Shown: positions 13,659 to 26,500 of the stretch, one piece after another
Position numbering within the stretch: position 1 is the first letter of the stretch
Layout of the letters: every line of letters starts with the position of its first letter
Source of the DNA: Antedon mediterranea
Taxonomy: Eukaryota > Animalia > Echinodermata
Reading direction: 5' to 3'
Assembly: GCF_964355755.1 (NCBI RefSeq)
Contig: NC_092673.1
Span: 17,915,648-17,979,647, forward strand
DNA length: 64,000 nt
Notes under the pieces: model-generated
Database searches by the model: none
What the model saw: only the letters and a program-made list of their open reading frames with translations
What the model was told of the DNA's origin: nothing
Program-made: the position numbers and the translations under genes

Positions 13659-14829
13659 TAAATATTAATACAGTGTTGCAATATTATTTACATAAATTGA
13701 ATTGATTGCATATGTTACGTGTAAGTGTGAAATGATGTTCTGAATTGAATTTTTGTTTATGTACAGTATGATTTTTGAACAATGTGTTAAAGATATAATT
13801 GAACTGAACAATTTTTTTTTAAATGTTTTGTTGAATATGCCGTCACTATAGAGTTGTTCACTTTGACCAAAAATTAGATTTTTAAAAATGCATTTGTACC
13901 TTAAAAGGGGGACAATTTAAACAAACAATTGGTTTTTGGTTAAATGTACTGTTTATTTTGTATTTTTGTTAAGTGAAATCTTTATTGTTTTTGTTTATTT
14001 TCTACGGCAAGTGAATATCTAAATTGTTAAAATTGCAAAATGGCAAGGTATTCAAAGTATGATTGTATTAATCTTCATTGTTCATATTTTTTGGGGACAA
14101 TAAATCTTTCAACAATTAATTTTTTACTGTATTATTTTTGTTTAAAACTACAGTAACTTGATTGAATTTGTTTCAGGTTTGGAAAAATAATATTGCCACA
14201 CTTTTGGAAAGCATAGGACAATGTCAACACAGGAATCGAGGCAACTGTTTATTGACTAATCGGAACAATGCAATTACAGTATTGTGTTATTGCCATCATT
14301 TGGACTTCTGCAACATTAGCACAAGGCACCTGTGACGTGTGTTGTATTTATTGTGTTTTACTGTAATCAGCCAATATTTATAGTTATTCAATCATGTTAG
14401 TTGGCAAACATATTACAAACTGGTTATTTGTATATTTTTTATACTTAACATTGGTACCTGAGAACTGTCACTGTCAGTGAGGATGTACATTATTTGATTG
14501 TTGCTTGGATTTTGCCTGATGATTTGATAACACCTGATTAAATGTTATTTTATGTTTTTATAGAAATTAAAGATTAGTAAGATATACAGTATTTATAAAA
14601 TGTCTCTATTGATGGATTCTGCGACGTAACAGTACCTTTACTACTAACTACTTTAAAACCGTTGATTCAAATTGGATATAGTAATTCAACAAATCAAATT
14701 TCAACGTTAAATCTATGTTTAAATTTACGTTGATGCAAATTTTCATTTCAACTTAATTATTACGTTGTTTCAACGTTAATAATTTCAACATTGAATCAAC
14801 ATTGATAATTTCAACGTAGACATTTTTAC

Positions 14830-15490
14830 GTTGTTTCAACGTTGATAATCTATGTTGAATCAACGTTGACATTTTTGTTGAGGCAAACTTTCATTTTCAA
14901 CCATTTTTTCAACGTTATTTCAACGTTACTTATTTTAACGTTGTTTCAACGTTGATAATTTCTATGTTGATTCAACGTTGACATTTACGTTGAGGCAAAC
15001 TTTCATTTTCAACGTTATTTCAACGTTATTTCAACGTTACCTATTTTAACGTTGTTTCAACGTTGATAATTTCTATGTTGATTCAACGTTGACATTTACG
15101 TTGAGGCAAACTTTCATTTTCAACCATTTTTTCAACGTTATTTCAACGTTACCTATTTTAACGTTGTTTCAACGTTGATAATTTCTATGTTGATTCAACG
15201 TTGACATTTAAGTTGAGGCAAACTTTCATTTTCAACCATTTTTTCAACGTTATTTCAACGTTACTTATTTTAACGTTGTTTCAACGTTGATGATTTCTAT
15301 GTTGATTCAACGTTGACATTTACGTTGAGGCAAACTTTCATTTTCAACCATTTTTTCAACGTTATTTCAACGTTACTTATTTTAACGTTGTTTCAACGTT
15401 GATAATTTCTATGTTGATTCAACGTTGACATTTACGTTGAGGCAAACTTTCATTTTCAACCACTTTTTCAACGTTATTTCAACGTTTGCA
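14830..15490. repeat. 112-bp tandem array, ~6 copies (right subterminal repeats)
   Basis: gaggcaaac recurs at 14880, 14992, 15103, 15215, 15327 and 15439. Confidence 0.95.
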
Positions 15491-16030
15491 GATAACGTTG
15501 AATTAACGTTAATTCAACCAATTTTTGCCCACTGGGATTGTACTTATACGATTGTATCAGGTTGAATGTATTGCACTTCAGTGCAATGCATTCAACCTAA
15601 GTTGAAATTAGAGGTAATTGACCAAACGACTTGTCATAACACAGCGCTGTAGAAAATGTAAGTGTTTCAGACATAGACTTAAATGCGCGTAGAGAAATGT
15701 GGTAATGCAGTATGTGTAGTTACATTACATTTGAATCACAGCATGTGAACACAACAATCTCAAACTATACTAGTCAAAAGTTATTGCGAAATATATGAAT
15801 ATTTAGAAAACAGTAATTAATGACAACACCACCCAGTTTAGTTATGCGTCACGGCCAGGGGGAACCTTTGAATGTGGTAAGTCGAACTAGCTCGACAGTT
15901 TCTTGCAACGTGAAGTAGTACCTGTAATACCGCCACCCTATGAAATAATAAGACTAAATGAAAGAAGAGTAAACTTCAGTAAAAGTATTGTTAATTTTAA
16001 TGTATTTTCCATAAACAACAAACTACTACT

Positions 16031-16488
16031 CCAATAGGATATGACCTACTTATTTCAATATTACCTACTGCTGTTTATTTAACTTGACATGATCAAAGAC
16101 TATTCATTTTTTGGTAAACGTGTATTAAATTTGCAAATACGTGTCTGCTTTCTACATCTGTGCTATTGAAGCGTTTTATTTGTTACTACACTACAAAATA
16201 ATTTCAAATTTTAACTAAACTAATTAAAACGTAACAAAACCGTTATTACTGTAGCCTAGTCCAATAGGATAGGACCTACCTAGTTCAGTATTACCTACTG
16301 CTGTTTATTTAACTTGACATGATCAAAGACTATTCATTTGTTTGTAAACGTGTATTAAATTTGCAAATACGTGTCTGCTTTCTACATCTGTGCTATTCAA
16401 GCGTTTTATTTGTTACTACACTACAAAATTATTTGAAATTTTAACTAAACTAATTAAAACTTATCAAAACCGTTATTACTGTAGCCTA
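16031..16488. repeat. 230-bp tandem duplication (2 copies) just 3' of the OB-fold gene
   Basis: ccaataggat...cgttattactgtagccta at 16031 and 16261. Confidence 0.93.
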
Positions 16489-16523
16489 CTTCTTATCGTT
16501 AGGTACAACAGTTGGAATATAGT

Positions 16524-16668
16524 CTATTCCACAACAGTCAAACGGAGTACTTGTCGCATTGACTCAACATACTTGACTGTGATTGGCAACTCGGCTGAAA
16601 AGTCGAATTCCACGTCCTCTGGTAAATAGACAATGTCCCCAGAGTCTAGCACTAACTCCGCTGGAAAC
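16524..16668 (-). CDS. Terminal exon of spliced OB-fold protein gene (FPAELVLDSGDIVYLPEDVEFDFSAELPITVKYVESMRQVLRLTVVE*)
   Basis: Acceptor ctttaaAG; 145 nt = 1 nt + 48 codons ending in TAG; phase completes the GG| of the previous exon. Confidence 0.78.
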
Positions 16669-17189
16669 CTTTAAAGCAACAACAAAAATAAGACATAATT
16701 AAGAGTGCGAAGTAATGGATATGTGAATTTTCTGTAATCCGGAAATTTTAGGACTATTCCTGTATTTACCATAAGCAGTTAGTAATGTCACACAAAACAC
16801 CTTCCCCATGGGAAATTGTGTTTATTGAAGATAATGATTGCAACGATAAATTAAAGAAGACCCACTTCCCTTGCCTACGTATATAACATTCCCAAACATA
16901 ATTTCAAACCATACATTAATTAAATGCATTTGTGTGTTCACTGACGGAATACGTAGATGCATTCGGTTGTCATTAATTAGACAGTATTATATCATGTCAT
17001 CGTCATTGTTCGTCGGGAAGTCTGTTACTGTATGTCCGGCCATTTTCCATTTCACTCTACGTCATATACGGCCCCCCCCCCCCCCCCACCTCGTTTTTAA
17101 AACATGAACCCTGGGCTCGACACAGTCGTTCTTGGTATTTTAAATATTTGGTTTATTAGCCCATCAACAATGCTACGAGATTCACATAC

Positions 17190-17245
17190 CCATTTGAATC
17201 GTCCATAGCGATGACTTCAGCAGTTTTTTCGTCCGAATTACCAAA
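17190..17245 (-). CDS. Internal exon of OB-fold gene (FGNSDEKTAEVIAMDDSN-G)
   Basis: ttttcAG acceptor, GTATGT donor, 56 nt, phase 0 to 2. Confidence 0.75.
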
Positions 17246-17475
17246 CTGAAAATACAAATACAAAACGTATACAAGTGAAACGGACAAGTACTGATAAATC
17301 TGACACCTACATCTAAACTATAAAATTCAAATGTATGTCTTATAGGGTTTGCCTTTCACGTTTTGACAATAGATACACTACAATTCAGATACAAAGATTT
17401 GTTCTGTACAAGAAATCTGAAACTCTGATCATCAACCCAACACACACATATATATTACATTAGTTGCACACTTAC

Positions 17476-17673
17476 TGTTATTGTGGTGGAAGGCGTACTT
17501 GACAGTCTACTGTCTTCTTTGACGACCCCAGTGATAGTTACGCCGTCGCCCAGTGCTACGTCTTGGCTTCGATGTGCTGCCTCCCCCCACAGAATGATGT
17601 CTACCTTTGCCCCTCCTCCTTCTAGACTTAGCGCTCTCCGTTTGTATTTGGGTGTCTCAACGTATTCTCCAAG
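17476..17673 (-). CDS. Internal exon, OB-fold core (LGEYVETPKYKRRALSLEGGGAKVDIILWGEAAHRSQDVALGDGVTITGVVKEDSRLSSTPSTTIT)
   Basis: ttttcgtAG acceptor, GTAAGT donor, 198 nt open. The pattern KRxxxL...VxIxLWGExA...GDxVxIxG...LSS resembles RPA1/SSB-type OB folds. Confidence 0.85.
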
Positions 17674-17957
17674 CTACGAAAACATAATAGGAAAGCAGTT
17701 GATGGTAAAACATAAACAATTTCTTGAAAATGTACCACACATTTCCCATTTCAATTGAAGTCGGCAATTACAACATTTAGTAATCATAATACTAATAAAG
17801 TATAAGAATTGAAATAAATAAAAATAACTGAAAGTAAATTAAAATTAACACATTGAAAGTCAAATAAAACAATACAAAAATAAATGAACTATACAAAGTT
17901 AAGTAAATTAAATGAGTATATTACAAGAACAAAATGATATTTTTTACAACCATTTAC

Positions 17958-18095
17958 CTCTGAAACATCTCCTATTACGCTAAGACGCCTTTTTGTTGGC
18001 GACCCTTTCGCCTCAGATACTGTAACTACATCGGGAGTTAAATATGACTCTATTTTGTCCTGATCGACATTGAAGTTGGACACTCTCGTAAATAT
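17958..18095 (-). CDS. Internal exon of OB-fold gene (IFTRVSNFNVDQDKIESYLTPDVVTVSEAKGSPTKRRLSVIGDVSE)
   Basis: tttgcAG acceptor, GTAAAT donor, 138 nt, phase 0 to 0; lies within ORF 17889-18167(-). The 5' exons are unresolved. Confidence 0.8.
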
Positions 18096-19694
18096 CTGCA
18101 AATTAACAGACAAAAGTACATTACGCAAAAGCACCTCCGATGCAGTATTCACGCAGGTGTACTTCATTTCTACTTGGTTATCATAACAGCATATACTTAC
18201 AATGTCTTATTATCCTTCACCAAATCAGAAATTGACATATATTTATTTAAAGTTAATTCAGATCATGTGACACATAACCACGTAGGCAACATATATATAC
18301 CTACCGGTTGTTGAATTTCATATGTATGTAGGTCATTCACTAAAAAGGTATGGTTTCATATTGTAGGAATGTTTTTTAGAAGTAATATTTTGGGCATTTG
18401 TAGGTAGAGAAACGATATTTCATCAGTCTGTATATTTTGATATTTTATAAGGACACAAGAAAATGACAATACCATTATGTCATAGCTTCTGGACTCAGCC
18501 ATTTCAATTTGAGTTGACATCATGTCAACATCAAATTAGAGTGCATTGCACTGAATTATTACTTTGGTTTAGGAAAATGATATGTACTGTTTTGTGTAGT
18601 TTGTCAGCCTATATCTTGTTTTATGAATATTCAAGTAATTGTTTTATTAACATAACGATTATTAGTAGTTTAAGAAGTGTCGCAGTGGACATTTCCTTGG
18701 ACGGACAGATTTATATTTCTTGGCATTCAGGCAAATTGTCATTGAAATCTAGTATTTAAGTTGTAAGGTATGGTCAATGTGTTGTGTAGATAATAAACAG
18801 TAGACTTGCTGTGTTATTTGCTCTGGATATAAGCCACGACATGGACATTTCGGACGTTCCAGAAGGTAGAGGCTAGGCTTAGTAGCCTGGTAGGCCCCTT
18901 AAGTACACACATTCGTACTTTACCTAATGTACTTCCTTGAACCTGGACAATTCTAATGTATAATATTTGAAATATAGTAAACTACGGAAATAAATTGATT
19001 ATTGAGTGATGCAAACAAAAACTGTTGGGGAATTTCTTCCACAAGGCATAGGCACCGCGCCGGTGTTTGCCATTTCCATACAGCAGTACGCAGTGCAGAA
19101 GGTCGTCACTCGTCACACGAACCAACGAATCCGCCAAATGTTCCGCGTCGAGGATACCGCGGTTGTAGAAAAGGTATAGGCTTCTTTTTCCACGGTCATT
19201 GTCTAAGGAAAGGGCGGCCACTCATTATTGTGGTGGTAAATATATAAAGACATTTCAAATGAATACTTTGGAGTGCCCATGACAAATGTTGTTCAATAAC
19301 AACAGAAGGTTATCAGGTAATGCATTCGACAACTATTTTCGTGTGACGAGTATTGACCGCGTAATTTGGTGCTATAGCGGGGTTCCACTAGCGACGCAAC
19401 GCTAGGACGTAGCACATCGCAAGTGAATTGACCAATCACAAGCGAATGCTTACTCACATTTACGTCCGTGCGATACCTTATATTGGAAACCAAACTTAAA
19501 CGATAGCCGACACATTCATCACTTTGTTTGAACACGGAGTTAAATTCCATGGTTTGAACATTCTAAAATGTTACGCAATGGCTATGGAATATGCGGTATT
19601 CGGCGTAATTGCGTGGTGATGAATAAACAGTCCCACGCAAACATCTTAGAAACGGCCTTAACGATAACAACGTCAAGTCAACAACTTATTTTGC

Positions 19695-22600
19695 TACAAT
19701 ACTGAGCCGGAAAGGCTTTCTTAACGTACCGTCATTCCGTCAGGGTGATTCTTGCCCTTCACCATGACACGCTAATATCTGTAAATGCCTGATGCGTTTG
19801 AATGGTACATTGCGGGTACATTGCTTTCATTCTTTTGTAATACAGTTCACCCGGTACAATGGGTTTACATCGGGTCAGTATAACTTCCGAAAACAACCAA
19901 GAACAACTAATAACAACCCCAAACCAACCGAAATCAAAATACGACCACCTAAATACCGAAAACCAATTCGGTATAATATTTTCGATGATGCCGCCCTCTA
20001 TTCTTGTGTGTTTGTAAAGACCGTAACTAGGAACACACCTCGCACGGACATGTCTTCCGATTTTTGATCCAAAACCAACGCATTTACTCCTCACAATCAT
20101 TGTTAATATGGTAATACCTAGTACACACAGTTAATTGACCATGGTTAATCACAATCAATTTAATTATAGGTTTCCAAAGACAACTATACAAAAATTATGT
20201 GTTTATGAATATCGCCAATATTAGGGACTACAAATTATACTTACAACAAGTTCACGATAAAGGTTTCACAAAATACATTTAGTACATTCTCCGTAGTCGA
20301 GTAAATTATGTTTTCAGGTCTATCACTTCAGTATTAACTCAAGTGGCGAAAACTGTGGACGATACGCAAAGTTACATAAAATAAGGCTTTCCTTTGGAAG
20401 ACTAAAAAGATATATGTTTTGTAAATACATGTAGTCTACGTGGCATTTCATTGAATTTGTACGATTTCTAGTTGAATTTATATTATATGTATATTTCATA
20501 CGTGCACACTACTATTTCGTAGGGTCTTTCTTGGCTTTTGCGCGCGCAGTCTTCTCTCTGTATGGTCTTAGCTTAGCTTCAGAAACACACCCATAAATAG
20601 AGGGCGATAATAACAAAAATATTCAACAAATTTGGTTTGGGTATTTAGATTTTTTAATTTCGATTTCGGCTTGTTTTCAGTTTGTATTCGTTTGTCCAAC
20701 GTCAAACTTTGGTACATAATGTTTCTAAAATTGTAATGCATTTCAACTTGATAGAGGGCGGCAAACATTAATTTGCTCGCATCAAACCAATTCACTTCTG
20801 TTAGAAATCTGCTAACCTACTGTTTTAAGTTACCAGATTCCAAAAAATATATGTGCTTCAGATTCCATTTTCCTGTTGGTTGCGCAATTGATCGTCTGTC
20901 CTATATTCTGTCCACGTCCTTTTTATCGTTAAACATTATGACAGGTCAACGGTATTTGTAAAAAACTACAAGAACTCTTCAGATTAACTTCATCTCATTT
21001 ATTGTCGACCATATCACGTCTGTGACGAATTGTATAGCATGTAACAAAATCTTCAATTCAGATAGTATGCCTTCTACTGATCCGCCTAACTACGGGGGGG
21101 AGAAGGTTTGAAAATAAAACTAACTTCTTTTCGACCAAATGATCAAACACCTGCATTCACAGACCCCTGCTTTCCAAGAATCACTTCTTTTATCAGCGCA
21201 TTATTCGTCTTGGTTAGTTATGTCCAATGACATTATTTGTTTCACCACTTTTGGGACCACACACGTTAATGGGATTAGGTCCAAAATGTTGCACGCCACT
21301 TCTTTCAAGATGTATTTCTTACACCAAAGGCACAATTACTTCACTCATCACTGAGAAAGACATATCCTGACCTGCACAAACAATATGTCATAACTACAAA
21401 ACAAAAATGTTAATACAACAGATTAATATTTATGACAGTACATTAATTATTAACAATTTGTGGGGAAACGTCCAAATCGATGTTTCAATTGCTCACTTCC
21501 CATGTCTGGATTATTTTGGCTCTAACGGCCGCCCGTAATCTTGGTCACGCGCGGTGTGGTATTAGATTATTGTAAACGAGCCAATTACATTATATTCATA
21601 CTACTTTGGCTGGAATTCCTGTTATATAAAGTTTTATTATAAATGTAATGATTGTATCTCAGTCTCCTACTAATATTGGGAAGTAATAGCCAGGTGCGTA
21701 GTGGGGGTAAGAAATATTTATAGTACAGATCTTATCTTATTGAATCTCATTTGAACCGACTACAGCTTACAGATAATCCTATTAGGAAAAGTCAGGAAAT
21801 GGCCGACAAGGTTACCAGACCGGAATGACCTACATATTCAGTAGGGCACAAACTTGTAAGGCTGGCTAGACGTTCCGGCTCAAAAATTTGTAAGGTCGAG
21901 CCAACTGCAGCAATAATAAAAACTGACCGGATGTACCTACATCTATTACAGTTATAATTAATCCCCCAAACGGATAATAAGGTTGTTCTTTTCAAGTTGT
22001 GAAAAGGTATGTATTCATTTGACATTATCAGTTTTCGGGGAAATCAAAGAATATATACCACACGAATGAGTACTCCGCGATTTGACCTGTAACAGAAATA
22101 TTGTCCATGTGGTAGAGCGCCGCCATAAGTGTGGATGTATCTGGGATGTATACAACTTTTTGTGACGGTTTCACTAATCAAAGGCTGGACCACCGGTAGT
22201 ATTACCATGACAAAACAACATCATGTTAAATGCTCTTTGGATATCTAATTTTTCGTTACATGCTATTTACATAGTACAAACTGCCGTATAAACAGTTCAC
22301 TTCATCAACCGAGCACTACGATAGCGTGACCAGGCATGTAGGTGTTACGCGTTTCCACGACAGATAGTTTAATAATATTCCTATATTTAACATGTTTCTG
22401 GTCAAACACATAAATGTTAATGAAATTTCACATTGCAGCCTATTAATAACATGTATTTCATACTAATTTATATCATACAAACAATACTTAATTTACCGGG
22501 CGTAAAGTAGTACATGGCAAAGGTAAAAAATAGGCCACGCTGGGTGACGATTCGTTGATTTTTGGTGTTGCTGTGTTGGGCTTTTTTGTGAACTAATTTA

Positions 22601-23072
22601 GTATGTCAGTAATTGTATGTAAAAGTGAATTTACACTAGGTTGTCAATAAATACGTATTACAACATAGTTTACAATTGCAAAACCTATTACCATAACTCT
22701 TTTATGTGACATGTATAATATCTATTAAATCAAGTCTTATTTTAGTATGTATACATCCGCCCTTATGAAGGCAGGCATCACTCACTGGAGCCAGAGCCAT
22801 ATACTGTACACCTATATGGCTCTGACTGCAGCTCTCTGTTACAAGTTTCTCATGCGAAATTCGCGGAATGCTCATTCTCGTGATATATATTCTTTGGGGA
22901 AGTATACAGAAAAAGTGAACCACCGACGTGAACAACCGTAGAGCGTGCAAATTCATTACAAACCATTCACCCTAGCCAATTTCCTATCTATATACACGGG
23001 AATCATGGCGTCGTCTTCCCAATAACGTTGTTGGAAACCTCATAAAGCTGGTTGTATTTATATAGCGACATA
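19695..23072 (-). repeat. Right arm of the old inverted duplication
   Basis: Reverse complement of 4780-7390, including the shared MITE (19872-20695), plus an extra insertion at 22045-22896. Confidence 0.9.
22045..22896. mobile_element. P-element-like non-autonomous transposon
   Basis: TIR CAAAGAATATATA...TATATATTCTTTG (~35 bp, imperfect); ~7-bp TSD gggaaat/gggaagt; empty site preserved in the left arm at ~4950-4960. Confidence 0.75.
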
Positions 23073-23569
23073 CTACCTCTCGCATGAGTTACAAACATTT
23101 TAATTTTTATGCCATCATCTTGTCTAAACATGCAAATTACTTGCGTCACTTATTATTCATATTTGAAATAAATTTCAATCTCTTGAACTAGCTCGTCGGA
23201 ATACCAAGTGGTATTCATCATTAAAACGTTCTTTGTAAGCTAGTTGATTGTAAATACGATTTCAGGTGATTATTTTGCCTATCAGATGTTGTGAGGTATT
23301 CATATGGCCAGTTACATGCAAAAACAGATATTTTCATCTGTTCCGTAACACTTCATTACATTTAAACAATATGGCATCTCACTTTTACGTGCCCAAAATT
23401 CCTCACATTTGCAATAAATGTAATTATTTAGATACCTCTCTTCAACAATTCTTCTTTTTTCAATTTCATGTCTTCATCACAGTATTTGTTTATCTCACTT
23501 GCCAATAAGAAGGCAAATAAAAGGATGGTTTGTACACAGGATTCAAACCACAGGTGGCCAACATATTAA

Positions 23570-26500
23570 ATTTCGTCTACACGCCAATACGTTGTTACTG
23601 AGATAATTTCCTTTCGGAAATGCTACCTTCGCGTTCCATTTTACAACCCCCAACATGTTAAAAATTGCAATAAATATCGGGTCCCGTAATTTCGCCTATT
23701 CTAAACTGTGTGTGATATGGATACAGATTATACTGTGTATACTATATACGAATTTAAATACAGTAATAACATTCAGCAACAACAACATATCATATTCTTC
23801 ATTTCAGGTCATAATGCCAACGTGAACACTTCCTTTTGTCCTCAACCTATCCTCTTAATGTTAATGTTGCACCACTTCACGGCGGATAACCAAACTCGTC
23901 AAAGTGACGAGTTACATGTCTAGTTTCTCTTCTTTCTTTCTGTATGATTTTTGTGGAACGCTTTTCTCGAAAACTTGCAAACATAACATTTTGTAACTTT
24001 CTCAACATATCGTCGTGCACATGAAGATGTGCAGCGAAGCTTTTCATGATGTTTAAAATTGCGCAACGTGACTTACGCGTGATTTAACGATTTTGTCGTA
24101 TTTAACATAGCTCGACAACCAAATAACATTTCAACTTGAAACTTTGCAAAAGTTTAATTTATATCATGCGCTAACTTTCTGTTGAAAAAAAAATGCGTGT
24201 TTTACACAAAGTTACGCGCGCACGCGCATATAAAATTTCAAAATGCGCAAAATTAATTTATAATCAACTTTCTACGCGTTTCATGTCGTTTTAAGCATGT
24301 CAAAAATTCCCACGCGTGCGCACATTTTTACGTGTGCGGTGCGCACGTAGCATTGAAAACGTATTTTTTCGCGTAATTTATGTTTTTCCAGCCTTTTCTA
24401 GTAATTTTACCAAATTTTAAACAATTTCGACTTAAAGATACGTCATACGAGCACGTCGAATTGGACAATTTGCGCGCGTTTTTTATGAAAAGGTTAAAAA
24501 ATTCGTTTAAAATATGCCTTTTTTTAAACAGTCGTAATTTCTAAACTAGACGGTCAACTTTTTGTGGATGGCATATTCTGGAAATAGATGAGTTGTAGAT
24601 ATTGGATCAGGTATTAATATGGCTAACCGGACATTGTGACGTCATCGTATGGCCACGCGAATATAAAATTTAGGATTTTTGTATCTTTCGTCATAGCTCA
24701 TCACATTGAATAGAGCGCATCTCCACTTATCCGTTTTCCATTTTCACCCCGATTTTGATATTGTCTAGGTCAATCAACTATCTTTCGCATGAGTTAAAAA
24801 TATTTTAATTTTTTTGACGTCATCGTGCCTAAAAATTTAAATCACGTGTGGCATTAATTTCATCTTTACAGTAAATTTTAATCTGTTATAGCTCGTAAGA
24901 ATAAAATGTGATAATCACGATTACAACTTTTTCTGGAAGCTATTGGATTGTAGATACGAAATTATGTAAAAATGTTGCCAATCGGATGTTGTGACGTCAT
25001 CATATGGCCAGTTAAATAAAAAAGGTCGTATTTTCATCTTTTGCGTCATAATTCATTACATTTAAAAGAGCGCGCATCAATATTTCACGTATTCAAATTT
25101 CTTCTACACGCTAATACGTTGTTGCTGAGATAATTTCCTTTCGGAATTGCTACCTTCGCGTTTCATTTTAAAACCGTCAACATGTTAAAAATTGCAATAA
25201 ATAGCGGGTCCCGTAATTTCACCTATTCTTCACTGTATGTGATATGGATACAGATTATACTGTGTATACTATATATGAACTAGACATGTAACTCGTCACT
25301 TTGACGAGTTTGGTTATCCGCCGCGCAAGTGGTGCAACATTAACATTAAGAGGATAGGTTGAGGACAAAAGGAAGTGTTCACGTTGGCATTATGACCTGA
25401 ACTGAAGAATATGATATGTTGTTATTGCTGAATTTTATTATTTAAATTCATATATAGTATACACAGTATAATCTGTATCCATATCACATACAGTGTAGAA
25501 TAGGTGAAATTACGGGACCCGCTATTTATTGCAGTTTTTAACATGTTGACGGTTTTAAAATGAAACGCAAAGGTAGCAATTCCGAAAAGAAATTATCTCA
25601 GCAACAACGTATTAGCGTGTAGAAGAAATTTGAATACGTGAAATATTGATGCGCGCTCTTTTAAGTGTAATGAATTATGACGCAAAAGATGAAAATACGA
25701 CCTTTTTTATTTAACTGGCCATATGATGACGTCACAACATCCGATTGGCAAAATTTTAACATAATTTCGTATCTACAATCCAATAGCTTCCAGAAAAAGT
25801 TTTAATCGTGATTATCACATTTTATTCTTACGAGCTATAACAGATTAAAATTTACAGTAAAGATGAAATTAATGCCACACGTGATTTAAATTTTTAGGCA
25901 TGATGACGTCAAAAAAATTAAAATATTTTTAACTCATGCGAAAGATAGTTGATTGACCTAGACAATATCAAAATCGGGGTGAAAATGGAAAACGGATAAG
26001 TGGAAATGCGCTCTATTCAATGTGATAAGCTGTGACGAAAGATACAAAAATCCTAAATTTTATATTCGCGTGGCCATACGATGACGTCACAATGTCCGGT
26101 TAGCCATATTAATACCTGATCCGATATCTACAACTCATCTACTTCCAGAATATGTCATCCACAAAAAGTTGACCGTCTAGTTTAGAAATTACGACTGTTT
26201 AAAAAAAGGCATATTTTAAACGAATTTTTTAAGCTTTTCATAAAAAACGCGCGCAAATTGTCCAATTCGACGTGCTCGTATGACGTATCTTTAATTCGAA
26301 ATTGTTTAAAATTTGGTAAAATTACTAGAAAAGGCTGGAAAAATATAAATCACGCGAAAAAAATACGTTTTCAATGCTACGTGCGCACCGCACACGTAAA
26401 AATGTGCGCACGCGTGGGAATTTTTGACATGCTTAAAACGACATGAAACGCGTAGAAAGTTGATTATAAATTAATTTTGCGCATTTTGAAATTTTTAATG

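Larger units (their letters stand above)
8127..15536. mobile_element. Non-autonomous CMC/EnSpm-like DNA transposon, 7.4 kb
   Basis: TIR CCCAGTGGGCA...TGCCCACTGGG flanked by a 2-bp AT duplication, with subterminal tandem arrays rich in CAACGTTG at both ends. CCC termini with a 2-bp TSD fit animal CMC-EnSpm-type elements. No transposase ORF. Confidence 0.8.
7990..15650. mobile_element. Older palindromic MITE split by the CMC/EnSpm-like element (halves ~7990-8126 and 15537-15650)
   Basis: Left tatggcaagccgttt...agttgaatacatttcactgaagtgca is a diverged reverse complement of right ttgcacttcagtgcaatgcattcaacct...aaacgacttgtcata. Confidence 0.6.

Noticed and set aside
17483-17758. Plus-strand 91-aa ORF
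   Set aside because: It is the antisense shadow of the minus-strand OB-fold exon.
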